From sequence record DRR723986_8204: a stretch of 34,958 nt of DNA. One strand, written 5' to 3'. Shown piece after piece: positions 1 through 9,652 of the stretch (positions are counted from its first letter, which is position 1; every line of letters begins with the position of its first letter). A program made the position numbers and the translations under genes. Below the pieces are notes generated by a model. It was given only the letters and a program-made list of their open reading frames with translations. It did no database searches and was not told the DNA's origin.

Positions 1-1826
1 CCCTGGGCGTTGTTGTCCAGTTCCTGCTGCTTTTCTGCGTCGCTCCAATTGGTGTTGGTGGCCACTGGCACTTGCAACAGGTTGGCCAAAATGCCTGGGC
101 GTTCGGCGTCGGCATCAATCTTTTCCAGCTCGGCTTGAACAGCGGCCACGCTCACCTGGTGGTAGTGCATGGCGTGCAGTGTTGCCGCAGTTGGGCTGGG
201 TACCCAAGCGGTGTTGGCACCGGCTTTGGGGTGGCCAATTTTTTGTTCCAGCATGGCTTTCATCAGGTCGGGCATGGCCCACATGCCTTTACCAATTTGC
301 GCGCGGCCTTTCAAACCACAGCTCAAACCAACCAGCACGTTGTTGCGCTCGTAGGCGGTAATCCATGCGCTGCTCTTCATGTCAGCTTTGCGAATCATCG
401 CGCCGGCGTGCATGGCGGTGTGCATTTCGTCGCCAGTGCGGTCCAGGAAGCCTGTGTTAATGAAAGCAACACGGCTGGCTGCGGCAGCAATACAGGCCTT
501 CAGGTTGACTGATGTGCGGCGCTCTTCGTCCATAATGCCCAGCTTCACGGTGCTGTCAGGCAGGCCCAGCAGCTTTTCTACATGGGTGAACAATTCGGCA
601 GCGAAGCCCACTTCAACAGGGCCGTGCATCTTCGGCTTTACGATGTAAACCGAACCTTTGCGGCTGTTGCGAATACCGTTCACGCCATTGCCTTTCAGGT
701 CGTGCAGCGCAATCGTGGTGGTGATCACTGCATCCATAATGCCTTCGGGAATTTCTTTGTCGCCGCCCCACAAAATTGCGGGGTTGGTCATCAGGTGGCC
801 CACATTGCGCAAGAACAACATGGAGCGGCCATGCATGGTCACTTTCTCGCCATTCACGCCGGTGTACACGCGGTCAGCATTCAGGCCACGTGTGAATGTT
901 TTGCCGCCTTTGCTTACGCTTTCTGTCAGGGTGCCTTTCAAAATACCCAGCCAGTTTTTGTAGGCCACAATTTTGTCTTCGGCGTCTACGGCTGCAACAG
1001 AATCTTCCAGGTCCAGAATGGTGGACAGCGCTGCTTCCAGCACCACGTCGGCCACACCGGCTGCGTCGCTAGAACCAATCGGTGTTGAGCGGTTAATAAT
1101 GATGTCGGCGTGAATGCCGTTGTTCACCAGCAGTACTGAAGAAGGTGCGGCGGCGTCGCCCTGGTAACCCACCAGTTGTGCGGCGTTTTTCAGGCCAACG
1201 GTGCTGCCGTTCTTCAAGGCAACTTGCAGCTTGCCACCTGTTACAGCGTAGCCAGTGGCGTCTTTGTGTGATGCGCCTTCCAACGGGAAAGACTGATCCA
1301 AAAAGTTGCGTGCAAACTCAATTACTTTTGCACCGCGTACGGGGTTGTAGCCGCCAGCGCGTTCTGCACCGCCTTCTTCGGAAATAACATCAGTGCCGTA
1401 CAGTGCGTCGTACAGGCTGCCCCAACGTGCGTTGGCTGCGTTCAATGCATAGCGTGCGTTCAAAATTGGCACAACCAACTGGGGGCCAGCTTGGGTGGCC
1501 AGTTCGCTGTCTACATTGGCGGTGGTGGCTTGCACTTTGGCAGGCTGCTCAACCAGGTAGCCAATCTTCTTCAAGAATTCTTGGTAAGCCGCCATGTCGG
1601 CGATGGGGCCGGGGTTGGCTTTGTGCCAGGCGTCCATTTCCAGCTGAATGCGGTCGCGCTCGGCCAGCAGGGCAGCGTTTTTTGGGGCCAGTGTGCTGAC
1701 GATTTCGTCGAAGCCCTTCCAGAAACCAGCTTGATCAATGCCGGTGCCGGGCAGCACTTCATTGTTGATGAAGTTGTACAGGGGTGTGGCTACTTTCAAG
1801 CCATGCACGGTGGTGCGTTCTGTCAT
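1..1826 (-). CDS. glcB: Malate synthase G (3' end runs off the window)
   Basis: Manual translation from the ATG at 1826: [38 protein letters not shown]...[35 protein letters not shown], the malate synthase G signature. Absent from the ORF track because the stop lies outside the window. Confidence 0.96.
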   Translation of the reverse strand, partial: MTERTTVHGLKVATPLYNFINNEVLPGTGIDQAGFWKGFDEIVSTLAPKNAALLAERDRIQLEMDAWHKANPGPIADMAAYQEFLKKIGYLVEQPAKVQATTANVDSELATQAGPQLVVPILNARYALNAANARWGSLYDALYGTDVISEEGGAERAGGYNPVRGAKVIEFARNFLDQSFPLEGASHKDATGYAVTGGKLQVALKNGSTVGLKNAAQLVGYQGDAAAPSSVLLVNNGIHADIIINRSTPIGSSDAAGVADVVLEAALSTILDLEDSVAAVDAEDKIVAYKNWLGILKGTLTESVSKGGKTFTRGLNADRVYTGVNGEKVTMHGRSMLFLRNVGHLMTNPAILWGGDKEIPEGIMDAVITTTIALHDLKGNGVNGIRNSRKGSVYIVKPKMHGPVEVGFAAELFTHVEKLLGLPDSTVKLGIMDEERRTSVNLKACIAAAASRVAFINTGFLDRTGDEMHTAMHAGAMIRKADMKSSAWITAYERNNVLVGLSCGLKGRAQIGKGMWAMPDLMKAMLEQKIGHPKAGANTAWVPSPTAATLHAMHYHQVSVAAVQAELEKIDADAERPGILANLLQVPVATNTNWSDAEKQQELDNNAQ

Positions 1827-2045
1827 TTTAGAAACCTCGGGCTGGGTAGTTAATGCGAAACAGTCGATTGTAAAGGAATTGAGTGTGATTCTGACATGTT
1901 TGGAATGGTCATAAGCACAGGCGATTGATCAAGACATCTTTAACTTTTTTGCAAAACTCTGGAAAACCCCAAGTCGATTGCGGCAACGCAGGCTTCAATC
2001 CAAATTGTGGGCTGGTTACTATTGGGTAATCGATTCGGGGTAAAC

Positions 2046-3692
2046 ATGCGGACTTTTGATTACATCGTAGTGGGGGCGGGCACGGCGGGGGCCTTGATGG
2101 CCAACCGGCTCAGTGCCAACCCCAACAATTCAGTGCTGTTGCTGGAAGCGGGCGGAAAAGACAACTACCACTGGATCCACATTCCCGTGGGTTACCTGTA
2201 TTGCATCGACAACCCCCGCACCGATTGGCGTTTTCGCACCGAGCCCGATGCAGGCCTGAACGGCCGCGCCCTGATTTACCCCCGTGGCAAAACCTTGGGT
2301 GGTTGCTCCAGCATCAACGGCATGATCTACATGCGGGGCCAGGCCCGCGATTATGAAAGCTGGGCTGCCCAAACCGGAGACGAGGCCTGGAACTGGAACA
2401 ACTGTTTGCAAGATTTTTTGGCCCATGAAAGCAACTGGCGTTACGACAACCCGCATGCCGAGTTGGCCGACACAGACCTGCCAAAGTTTCACAGAGGCAA
2501 GGGTGAGTGGCGCGTCGAAAAGCAGCGCCTGCGTTGGGAAATTCTGGAAGCGTTTTCTGAAGCGGCGCAGCAGGCAGGCATACCCGCCAGCGACGACTTC
2601 AACCGTGGCAATAACTTTGGTGTGGGCTATTTTGAAGTGAACCAGCGCAGCGGCTGGCGGTGGAACACATCCAAAGCCTTCTTGCGCCCCATCCTGAAGC
2701 GGCCCAACTTGACCGTGTGGACCCAAGCGCAAGTTAAAAATTTAATCATCGAACGCAACGCCAGTGGCGAACTGGTGTGCAATGGCGCGCTGGTGGTGAA
2801 GGGCGGTGAAGAAGTGGCCGTGAAAGCCGTGCGTGAAACCGTGCTGTGTGCGGGTGCCATTGGCACGCCACAAATTCTCGAACTATCGGGCATAGGGCAG
2901 GGCAGCCTGCTGCAGCAACACGGCATTGACGTGAAGCTGGACAAACCCGGTGTGGGTGCCAACCTGCAAGACCATTTGCAAATACGCGCCGTGTTCAAAG
3001 TGCAGGGCGTTAAAACCCTGAACACACTGGCCAACAGCCTGTGGGGCAAGGCGCAAATTGGCATGGAATATGTGTTCAAGCGCAGCGGCCCCATGAGCAT
3101 GGCCCCCTCGCAACTGGGCGCATTCACCAAAAGCAGCCCCGACCGGCCATACCCCAACATTCAATACCATGTGCAGCCGTTAAGCCTGCCCGCATTTGGC
3201 CAGCCTTTGCACAACTTCAATGCCTTCACGGCCAGTGTGTGCAACCTCAACCCCAGCAGCCGCGGTTCAGTGCATATAAAAAGTGGCCGGTTTGAGGATG
3301 CACCCGCCATTGCACCGAATTACCTCAGCACCACTGAGGATCAAAAAGTGGCGGCTGATTCCCTGCGGGTGACGCGCAACATTGCACAGCAACCCGCCTT
3401 GGCCAAGTACAAGCCCGAGGAATTCAAGCCCGGCGTGGAGTTTCAAACCGACGAGGAATTGGTGCGTTTGGCAGGCGACATTGCCACGACGATTTTTCAC
3501 CCGGTGGGCACGGCAAAAATGGGTGCGGCCAACGACCCCGCTGCCGTGGTCGATTCCCGCTTGCGAGTGATTGGTGTGAAGCACTTGCGCATTGCCGATG
3601 CCAGCGTGATGCCTACTATTACCAGTGGCAACACCAACAGCCCCACGCTGATGATTGCCGAGAAGGCAGCGCGGTGGATACTCGAAGGCTGA
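2046..3692 (+). CDS. GMC-family FAD oxidoreductase (choline dehydrogenase-like)
   Basis: GAGTAG Rossmann motif, RGKTLGGCSSINGMIY, FHPVGTAKMG and DASVMPTITSGNTNSPT GMC motifs; ATG at 2046 preferred. Confidence 0.93.
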   Translation: MRTFDYIVVGAGTAGALMANRLSANPNNSVLLLEAGGKDNYHWIHIPVGYLYCIDNPRTDWRFRTEPDAGLNGRALIYPRGKTLGGCSSINGMIYMRGQARDYESWAAQTGDEAWNWNNCLQDFLAHESNWRYDNPHAELADTDLPKFHRGKGEWRVEKQRLRWEILEAFSEAAQQAGIPASDDFNRGNNFGVGYFEVNQRSGWRWNTSKAFLRPILKRPNLTVWTQAQVKNLIIERNASGELVCNGALVVKGGEEVAVKAVRETVLCAGAIGTPQILELSGIGQGSLLQQHGIDVKLDKPGVGANLQDHLQIRAVFKVQGVKTLNTLANSLWGKAQIGMEYVFKRSGPMSMAPSQLGAFTKSSPDRPYPNIQYHVQPLSLPAFGQPLHNFNAFTASVCNLNPSSRGSVHIKSGRFEDAPAIAPNYLSTTEDQKVAADSLRVTRNIAQQPALAKYKPEEFKPGVEFQTDEELVRLAGDIATTIFHPVGTAKMGAANDPAAVVDSRLRVIGVKHLRIADASVMPTITSGNTNSPTLMIAEKAARWILEG

Positions 3693-3727
3693 TACACTTC
3701 GGGCATTGATTGCAGGGAATACACGCC

Positions 3728-3940
3728 ATGAACGAAGTCTTCATCAACAAAGAACCCGTTGAGCTATACAAAATCCTGAAGTTTCAGGGTTGGTTGTCCA
3801 GCGGCGGCGAGGCCAAAAACGTAATTGCCGATGGCCATGTGTTGGTCAACGGCCAAATTGAAACCCAGAAGCGCAAGAAAATTGTGGGTGGCGATGTCAT
3901 CGAGTTTGACGGCGTGAAGTACACAGTTAAACTGGGGTAA
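3728..3940 (+). CDS. S4-domain RNA-binding protein (YbcJ/YaaA-like)
   Basis: ELYKILK...SGGEAK..IADG.V.VNG..ETQKRKKI..GDVIEF S4-like pattern. Confidence 0.9.
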   Translation: MNEVFINKEPVELYKILKFQGWLSSGGEAKNVIADGHVLVNGQIETQKRKKIVGGDVIEFDGVKYTVKLG

Positions 3941-3981
3941 TCGTTTTATCCCAAAGCAGTTTCAATCAAGGCAGTACGGTC

Positions 3982-4896
3982 ATGGCAGTAAAAGACCAAA
4001 CAGTTTCAAAGCAGTCTCCATGTGTTGAGGTGTATTTCGACGGCTCATGCCCCATGTGCCGCCGTGAAATCGCGGTGTACCAAAACATCACGCCCGATCA
4101 GCCCATTTCCTGGGTTGATGTCTCCAAACCCGACACGCCTCTGCCCCAAGGGCAATCCAAAGAACAACTCATGGCGCGTTTTCACACGCGCACGGTGCAA
4201 GGCGAATTGCTCAGTGGTGCTGCGGCCTTTGTGCATGTGTGGGCGCAGTTGCCCGGCTGGCGGGTGTTGGCGTGGTTGGCCAAAGTGCCCGGCATGTTGT
4301 GGCTGATGGAGAAGGCTTACAAGGGCTTTTTGCCGGTACGCCCTGCCATTCAACGCTTTGTTTTGAAATTCGACACCAGCCATTTGCCGCCCACATTGGT
4401 GGCCGACATTCGCACCGACCATGCCGGTGAAACCGGGGCGGTGTGGATTTACAAGGGCATTCTGGCGGTTTCAAGAAACCCTGAAATTCGCGCATTTGCC
4501 AGTGAACACCTGCAAACTGAGCAGCGCCATTTAAAGGCCATGAATGAACTGCTGCCCGTGTTTCGCCGAAGCTGGCTGTTGGTGCCCTGGCGCATTGCGG
4601 GCTTCATCACTGGTGCTTTGCCAGCCCTGTTCAGCTCGACTGCGGTGTACCGCACCATTGCTGCCGTGGAAACCTTTGTGAACCTGCACTACCAGGAACA
4701 AATCGACAAGCTGAATGCCTTGGGCACTCACACGGCACTCAGGGCGCAACTGATTGAGTTTCAACTGGATGAGTGCGCACACCGCGACGAGGCAGCCGCA
4801 AAAACGACAAAGCCCGGCGGGTTGATCGCCAGGCTTTGGGTGGGTGCCATCGGGTCAGGCTCCAAGGTGGCAGTCACCTTGGCCCGTTTCATTTAA
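3982..4896 (+). CDS. Fusion of a DCC/DUF393 thiol-disulfide oxidoreductase domain and a Coq7-like di-iron hydroxylase domain
   Basis: N-terminal YFDGSCPMCRRE (DxxCxxC); C-terminal DHAGETGAVWIY, EQRH, VETFVNLHYQEQI and DECAH di-iron motifs typical of Coq7. Confidence 0.85.
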   Translation: MAVKDQTVSKQSPCVEVYFDGSCPMCRREIAVYQNITPDQPISWVDVSKPDTPLPQGQSKEQLMARFHTRTVQGELLSGAAAFVHVWAQLPGWRVLAWLAKVPGMLWLMEKAYKGFLPVRPAIQRFVLKFDTSHLPPTLVADIRTDHAGETGAVWIYKGILAVSRNPEIRAFASEHLQTEQRHLKAMNELLPVFRRSWLLVPWRIAGFITGALPALFSSTAVYRTIAAVETFVNLHYQEQIDKLNALGTHTALRAQLIEFQLDECAHRDEAAAKTTKPGGLIARLWVGAIGSGSKVAVTLARFI

Positions 4897-4900
4897 CTGA

Positions 4901-6064
4901 TCAGGCAGCCAATGCCGGTTTTTGAACCTGGCGAACCAGTGCCTGCAGGCGCTTGCGTTGCAGGCGCATTTCAACTTCCATGGCTTTGAATTTCGCTTTG
5001 TAGGCTGCCAGGGTTTCACCGTTTTTAATGGCGTTTTTCGTGTCCTGGTACCAGGCTTCCTTCAGTTTGGCCCAGTCTTGCAAGGCCTTGCTGTAGTGCT
5101 CGTATTCCTGCGCAAGGCGGGCCTTCATGGCCTCTACATGCGCATGCATGGCAGTGGGTTGTGCCTGCATTTTTTCTTCAGCGCGTTTGAATTGCATGGC
5201 AATGCGTGCTTTTTCAATGGCGAACTTGTCGCAGCGCTTCAGGTTTTTGGTCAAGCCCACATACGACAAGCCGGCAATCAGCCATTTGGTGGGGTCGATG
5301 TGAAACCACTTGATACCGTTGCGATAGTCGTACTGAAACAGGTGGTGGTAGTTGTGATAACCCTCACCGTAGGTGAAGATCGCCAGGAAATCGTTGTCGC
5401 GCGCAGTGTTCTCGTCGGTGTAAGGGCGGCGGCCCCAAATGTGTGCCAGCGAGTTGATAAAGAATGTGGTTTGATGGCACCACACCAGGCGAGCCAGGCC
5501 ACCCAGCAGCACCACACCCCACAAGTCGCCCACCAACAGGCCAATAATGACCGGCAAACCGAAGTTAATGCCCAAGGCCAAGGCGGTGTAGTGTTTGTGC
5601 TGGAACATCACCAGTGGGTCTTTCAGCAGGTCAGGCGAGTTGCTGAAGTCTTCTTTGCCCGATTCATATTTGCGAATCATCCAGCCCATGTGCGAGAACC
5701 AGAAGCCACGCTTGGCCGAGTAGGGGTCGTGCTCGGTGTCGTCCACATGGCGATGGTGCGTGCGGTGGCCCGAAGCCCAAATCAAAATGCTGTTTTGCAC
5801 GGCCATGGTGCCGAAGAACATCAACACGAAGCGCACGGTCCAGTGGGCTTCGTAGGTGCGGTGTGCCCACAGGCGGTGGTAACCGGCCGTAATCGAAATG
5901 CCATTCAAGATGGCCAACACCACGAATGACACCCAGGCTGCAGTGCTGTAGTCGTTGAACCAAGCGTAAGCGGGTACAAGAATGAGTGCTGCGATTGAAG
6001 TTCCGAACAGGGTGATTGCGCCGGGCCAGTGGATCGGGCTGTTGGGGTCAACTCGTGTGGTCAT
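4901..6064 (-). CDS. Acyl-CoA delta-9 fatty acid desaturase
   Basis: His boxes HRLWAH, HRTHH and HNYHH; GEGYHNYHH..YDYRNG; transmembrane segments. Start could be 6064, 6109 or 6130. Confidence 0.92.
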   Translation of the reverse strand: MTTRVDPNSPIHWPGAITLFGTSIAALILVPAYAWFNDYSTAAWVSFVVLAILNGISITAGYHRLWAHRTYEAHWTVRFVLMFFGTMAVQNSILIWASGHRTHHRHVDDTEHDPYSAKRGFWFSHMGWMIRKYESGKEDFSNSPDLLKDPLVMFQHKHYTALALGINFGLPVIIGLLVGDLWGVVLLGGLARLVWCHQTTFFINSLAHIWGRRPYTDENTARDNDFLAIFTYGEGYHNYHHLFQYDYRNGIKWFHIDPTKWLIAGLSYVGLTKNLKRCDKFAIEKARIAMQFKRAEEKMQAQPTAMHAHVEAMKARLAQEYEHYSKALQDWAKLKEAWYQDTKNAIKNGETLAAYKAKFKAMEVEMRLQRKRLQALVRQVQKPALAA

Positions 6065-6212
6065 TGAAGGTTGGGTTTTACCAGTTGGTTCAAAGGATGA
6101 GGGAATCATACTGATTCTTGCCCCTGGCATGAACCCAAATTTAAATATTTAATAATTGTTCTTGATTGTTGAGGTACAGCCGCAACGAAATCTTGAATGT
6201 CGAAGCGGCTAG

Positions 6213-6230
6213 AGTTAACACTTGTGCACT
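6213..6230. promoter_or_regulatory. DesT/FabR-like operator upstream of the desaturase
   Basis: AGTTAACACTTGTGCACT is an imperfect 18-bp palindrome resembling the DesT operator (recalled as AGTGAACGCTTGTTGACT) and lies directly upstream of a desaturase gene. Confidence 0.6.
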
Positions 6231-6243
6231 GAATTTTTAAAAA

Positions 6244-7158
6244 TTAGGCAGCGAGTTGCGAATTCGCGCCAGCCAGTTCTCCACCCAACACGTCAATCAA
6301 ACCGGGAATCAGCTTTCTCAATTCACCGGTCATCAAGGCAAAGTCGGAATCGAAAGCATCGTCGTCGGCACTGAGGGCGGCCTGTTCTTTGATCACATCC
6401 AAAGGTGCAACCCTTTTCACTTGCAGGTTTTCATGCAGCACGAAAGACACTTTGTCGGCCCAGGTCATGGCCAGTTTGGTCACGTCCTTGCCGCCCTTGA
6501 TGTGCTTGGCAATTTCCTCAGACTCCAGCGAGTGCTTCACATAGCGCACAGTGGCGGCCTGTTCACCACGGCTTTTCAGTTCGCAGTCCTGGTCCACGGT
6601 AAAGGGGGGCGGGTTGTCGTTCTCGGCCAGCCAGGCGGTCATGGCCACGGTGGGCGATATTTTGGTTTTGACCAAAGCCATGGCCACGCCTTCCACGCTT
6701 TTCATGAGCATGCCGACCAGTTCGTCGGCTTTGGCGGGGCTAGCCGCGTCAATCACCAGCCACTTGCCCTGCGGGTCTATCCACGCATTGATTCGGCTGC
6801 GAATGGCAAAAGCCCGTGGCAACAATTCGTCGGTCACGGCTTCCTTGATTTCCTTCATTTGCTTGCGGCCGGGCTTGTAGCCTTCGCGTTCTTCAATTTC
6901 CGCTGCGCGCGCTTTGGTGAATTGATTGATCACGGTGCTGGGCAGCAGTTTTTTCTCCAGGCCCAATGAAATCAGCAACTGCTGGCCGCTACGGTGCACA
7001 AAGGGTTCACCTTCGGCTTTTGGAGAAACCCAACCGCGGGTTTGCAAGTCCATGCCGCCGCAGGCTTGCAGGGCTTGTTTGGCCAGTTTGTCTTCCAGCG
7101 ATTCGGGGGTTTCTTCCCATTTGGTCAGGCGAAAGATGAACAGGTTTTTAAACCACAT
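6244..7158 (-). CDS. rdgC: Recombination-associated protein RdgC
   Basis: MWFKNL start, EKKLLP..VIN, ELLPRAF, VTKLAMTW.DK.SFVL and DFALMTGEL motifs. Confidence 0.95.
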   Translation of the reverse strand: MWFKNLFIFRLTKWEETPESLEDKLAKQALQACGGMDLQTRGWVSPKAEGEPFVHRSGQQLLISLGLEKKLLPSTVINQFTKARAAEIEEREGYKPGRKQMKEIKEAVTDELLPRAFAIRSRINAWIDPQGKWLVIDAASPAKADELVGMLMKSVEGVAMALVKTKISPTVAMTAWLAENDNPPPFTVDQDCELKSRGEQAATVRYVKHSLESEEIAKHIKGGKDVTKLAMTWADKVSFVLHENLQVKRVAPLDVIKEQAALSADDDAFDSDFALMTGELRKLIPGLIDVLGGELAGANSQLAA

Positions 7159-7334
7159 GGCTTGGCTCGCTGAAATTGAAAAAGGGCTGGCAGTGTAACG
7201 CAAAAAACCAAGGTGCAGCCAGTCGGTTTGAGGGCTGCCAAGGGGTTGAACAAATTTTCACCGGCGATTCTATTTGATAGTAGTATTTCGATACGCTGTC
7301 ATCAAAATACTCACAACCTGGTAGTCACAACCGG

Positions 7335-7895
7335 ATGCACCTTTCGCCGTTTCGCTGGATTTGGATTTTGTTCCTGCTTCCCTGGGTGAGCAGTTGTACC
7401 ACGCCGCCCCAACGCGATTTCGCCGACACCCTCAGCATGTTCGAAGAACTGCGCCAGCAGTACGATGTGCCGTATTCTCGCATGGGTTTTCAGAAAAGCC
7501 CTTTGTTTGCTTTTGCCAAGGGCAAAACCCAGATCGTGATTGACGAAGCCTTTTCTGAAGGCCTGAGCGACGCAGCCCTGCGCTATGTTTTTGTGCATGA
7601 ACTGGTGCACCTGAAATACGACGACCCCCGGCGTGGGTATGATTTGTTGAAACGCATTCACCAAACCAACGCCAAAGACACCGAACTGATGAACAATGCC
7701 TTCATGACGCTTTTGGGCGCTTATGGCCAGGACCCTGAGTTTAAGAATTTTCTCGATCAGGTTGAAACCCGGGCCAACCACTACGCTTCGCAGCATTTAA
7801 TCGATCGTGGCGAGAACCCCTGCAAGGCCATTGCAGAAATTGAACAATACACAGGCGCACGTTTTCGCTTTGGCACCGAAGACCTGTGCAAATGA
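7335..7895 (+). CDS. Putative lipoprotein with zincin HExxH motif (M48-like metallopeptidase)
   Basis: Lipobox-like VSSC after a hydrophobic stretch; YVFVHELVH followed by ETRAN (resembles the M48 ExxAD third-ligand motif). Confidence 0.65.
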   Translation: MHLSPFRWIWILFLLPWVSSCTTPPQRDFADTLSMFEELRQQYDVPYSRMGFQKSPLFAFAKGKTQIVIDEAFSEGLSDAALRYVFVHELVHLKYDDPRRGYDLLKRIHQTNAKDTELMNNAFMTLLGAYGQDPEFKNFLDQVETRANHYASQHLIDRGENPCKAIAEIEQYTGARFRFGTEDLCK

Positions 7896-8692
7896 TTCAG
7901 CTGCCCCAACGCATTGTTTGCCTCACCGAGGAAACCACCGAATGGCTTTACCTGCTCGGTGAAGAACACCGGATTGTCGGTATTTCCGGCTACACCGTGC
8001 GCCCCCGCAAAGCGCGCCTTGAAAAGCCCAAGGTGAGTGCATTTTTAACGGCCAAGATCGATCAAATATTGGCGCTGAAGCCCGACTGCGTGTTTGGGTT
8101 TTCCGATCTTCAGGCCGACATCGCCAGTGCATTGATTCGCCATGGCGTGCAGGTGACAGTGTTCAACCAACGTTCGGTGCCGGAGATATTCAGCATGATG
8201 TACCAGGTGGCCGCCATGGTGGGTGCCGCTGAAAAAGGGGCTGCCCTGATTGCAGAAATGCAGGCGAAAGTGGAGGCCGTGCGGGCCAAAGCCCGCCAAT
8301 GGACTGTGCGACCCAAGGTGTATTTTGAAGAATGGGACGAGCCGCCGATCAGCGCCATTCAATGGGTGAGCGAGTTGATTGGCATTGCCGGGGGCGATGA
8401 TTGTTTTCCCGAGCTGGCCACGCAAAGCCTGGGCAAGAACCGCATTATTGCCGACAGCAGCGAGATTGTTCGCCGCAACCCCGACATCATCATTGGCTCT
8501 TGGTGCGGCAAAAAATTTCGCCCTAAAACCGTGGCTGCGCGGGCAGGGTGGGGCAATGTGAGTGCGGTGAAGCACCAGCAAATTTTCGAGATCAAGTCGC
8601 CTTTGATTTTGCAGCCTGGCCCGGCAGCGCTCACCGATGGCCTGGATGCCTTGCACGACATCATGGCGCAGTGGCAAACCACCCGGAATTAA
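7892..8692 (+). CDS. BtuF/FepB-like substrate-binding protein (cobalamin-binding family)
   Basis: PQRIVCLTEETTEWLYLLG..RIVGIS, YFEEWDEP and LQPGPAALTDG; ATGA overlap with the upstream stop. Confidence 0.85.
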   Translation: MIQLPQRIVCLTEETTEWLYLLGEEHRIVGISGYTVRPRKARLEKPKVSAFLTAKIDQILALKPDCVFGFSDLQADIASALIRHGVQVTVFNQRSVPEIFSMMYQVAAMVGAAEKGAALIAEMQAKVEAVRAKARQWTVRPKVYFEEWDEPPISAIQWVSELIGIAGGDDCFPELATQSLGKNRIIADSSEIVRRNPDIIIGSWCGKKFRPKTVAARAGWGNVSAVKHQQIFEIKSPLILQPGPAALTDGLDALHDIMAQWQTTRN

Positions 8693-8776
8693 AAAAGAAT
8701 TGTTCTAAGTGCTTGAAGGCTTGTAATTTTTTACAGAAGTTGTAATGTTGAGTGCCAAGGTGCGGAGGACAGCAGC

Positions 8777-9034
8777 ATGAACGGACTCAACCCGACAAAG
8801 CCAAGGCTTTCAAGACGAATACTTGCAGTGATTTTTACCATGATGGCAGTGTTGGTGATCAGCTTCTGCGCCGCAGTCATGTCGATCATTTACATGCATG
8901 CCGATGAAAACGGCATGGTTCCCAAAGCGTTCTCGCTCAGTAACCAGTTGTCGCAACCCATCATCACCATATTGCCGCCCCAGCAGCCGGGCCATGGTGC
9001 ACCCAACCACACAGCGCCGCAGTACCACATCTAA
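8777..9034 (+). CDS. Small single-TM hypothetical protein
   Basis: GGAGG RBS before the ATG; one hydrophobic helix. Confidence 0.55.
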   Translation: MNGLNPTKPRLSRRILAVIFTMMAVLVISFCAAVMSIIYMHADENGMVPKAFSLSNQLSQPIITILPPQQPGHGAPNHTAPQYHI

Positions 9035-9645
9035 AACACGATTTGCTCGGGGTGTGGGCCTATTTCATGCCGGTTTGGTTGGGCATCCAGAATTTTGACC
9101 CGATCGGGATCGAAGCTGGCAATGAAGTGGTGCTTGCCCTCGGGTGTGGTGGTAAAAGCCACTGGGTGAACCAGCACTGAGCACTGCAGCAGATCGAACA
9201 CCACGGGCAAATGCTCCGGGCATTCCGGCATGAAGCGGAAGGGCTTGCGCCAGTCTATCTCGCCCTCGGGCATTTTTTTGAATGCACTGCAGGCCCGGTA
9301 AATGTCGGCCACCTCCGATACCACCTCTTTGGACACCCGGGACAAGTTTACAAATTGGGTGCCACTTTCTTCACCCAGGTCTTCAAGGTGCACCACACCC
9401 GGCTTGCGAGGGGTTTCAATGCCCACGGTGATGGTGGCCGTTGAAAAGTAGTGCCCCGCCTTTTGCGCTTGAGACAACAGTTCACCCAAGGCCATGTAGG
9501 CATTGCGGTTGCCGTACAGTGCATTGAAGTAATTCTTCGGCATGCGACCTGCCACGGGCAATTTGTAATCAGAAAGTTTCAACTGGCTGGGTGGGGCCTT
9601 GGGGCCACTCCACACTGCAATCAGTTTGACCTCGGTATAATCCAT
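9031..9645 (-). CDS. Hypothetical protein with a divergent RES-domain-like motif
   Basis: GRMPKNYFNALYGNRNAYMALGELL matches the spacing of the RES motif GR-x9-Y-x7-A-x2-E. The later VLVHPVA resembles RES xLxVPS but lacks the Ser. Confidence 0.5.
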   Translation of the reverse strand: MDYTEVKLIAVWSGPKAPPSQLKLSDYKLPVAGRMPKNYFNALYGNRNAYMALGELLSQAQKAGHYFSTATITVGIETPRKPGVVHLEDLGEESGTQFVNLSRVSKEVVSEVADIYRACSAFKKMPEGEIDWRKPFRFMPECPEHLPVVFDLLQCSVLVHPVAFTTTPEGKHHFIASFDPDRVKILDAQPNRHEIGPHPEQIVF

Positions 9646-9652
9646 GTTTCGT

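Noticed and set aside
72-1853. Several plus-strand ORFs in the track
   Set aside because: They are antisense shadows of the malate synthase G gene on the minus strand.
4922-6969. Long plus-strand ORFs (335 aa, 237 aa)
   Set aside because: Antisense to the desaturase and rdgC; no motifs, typical reverse-frame shadows.
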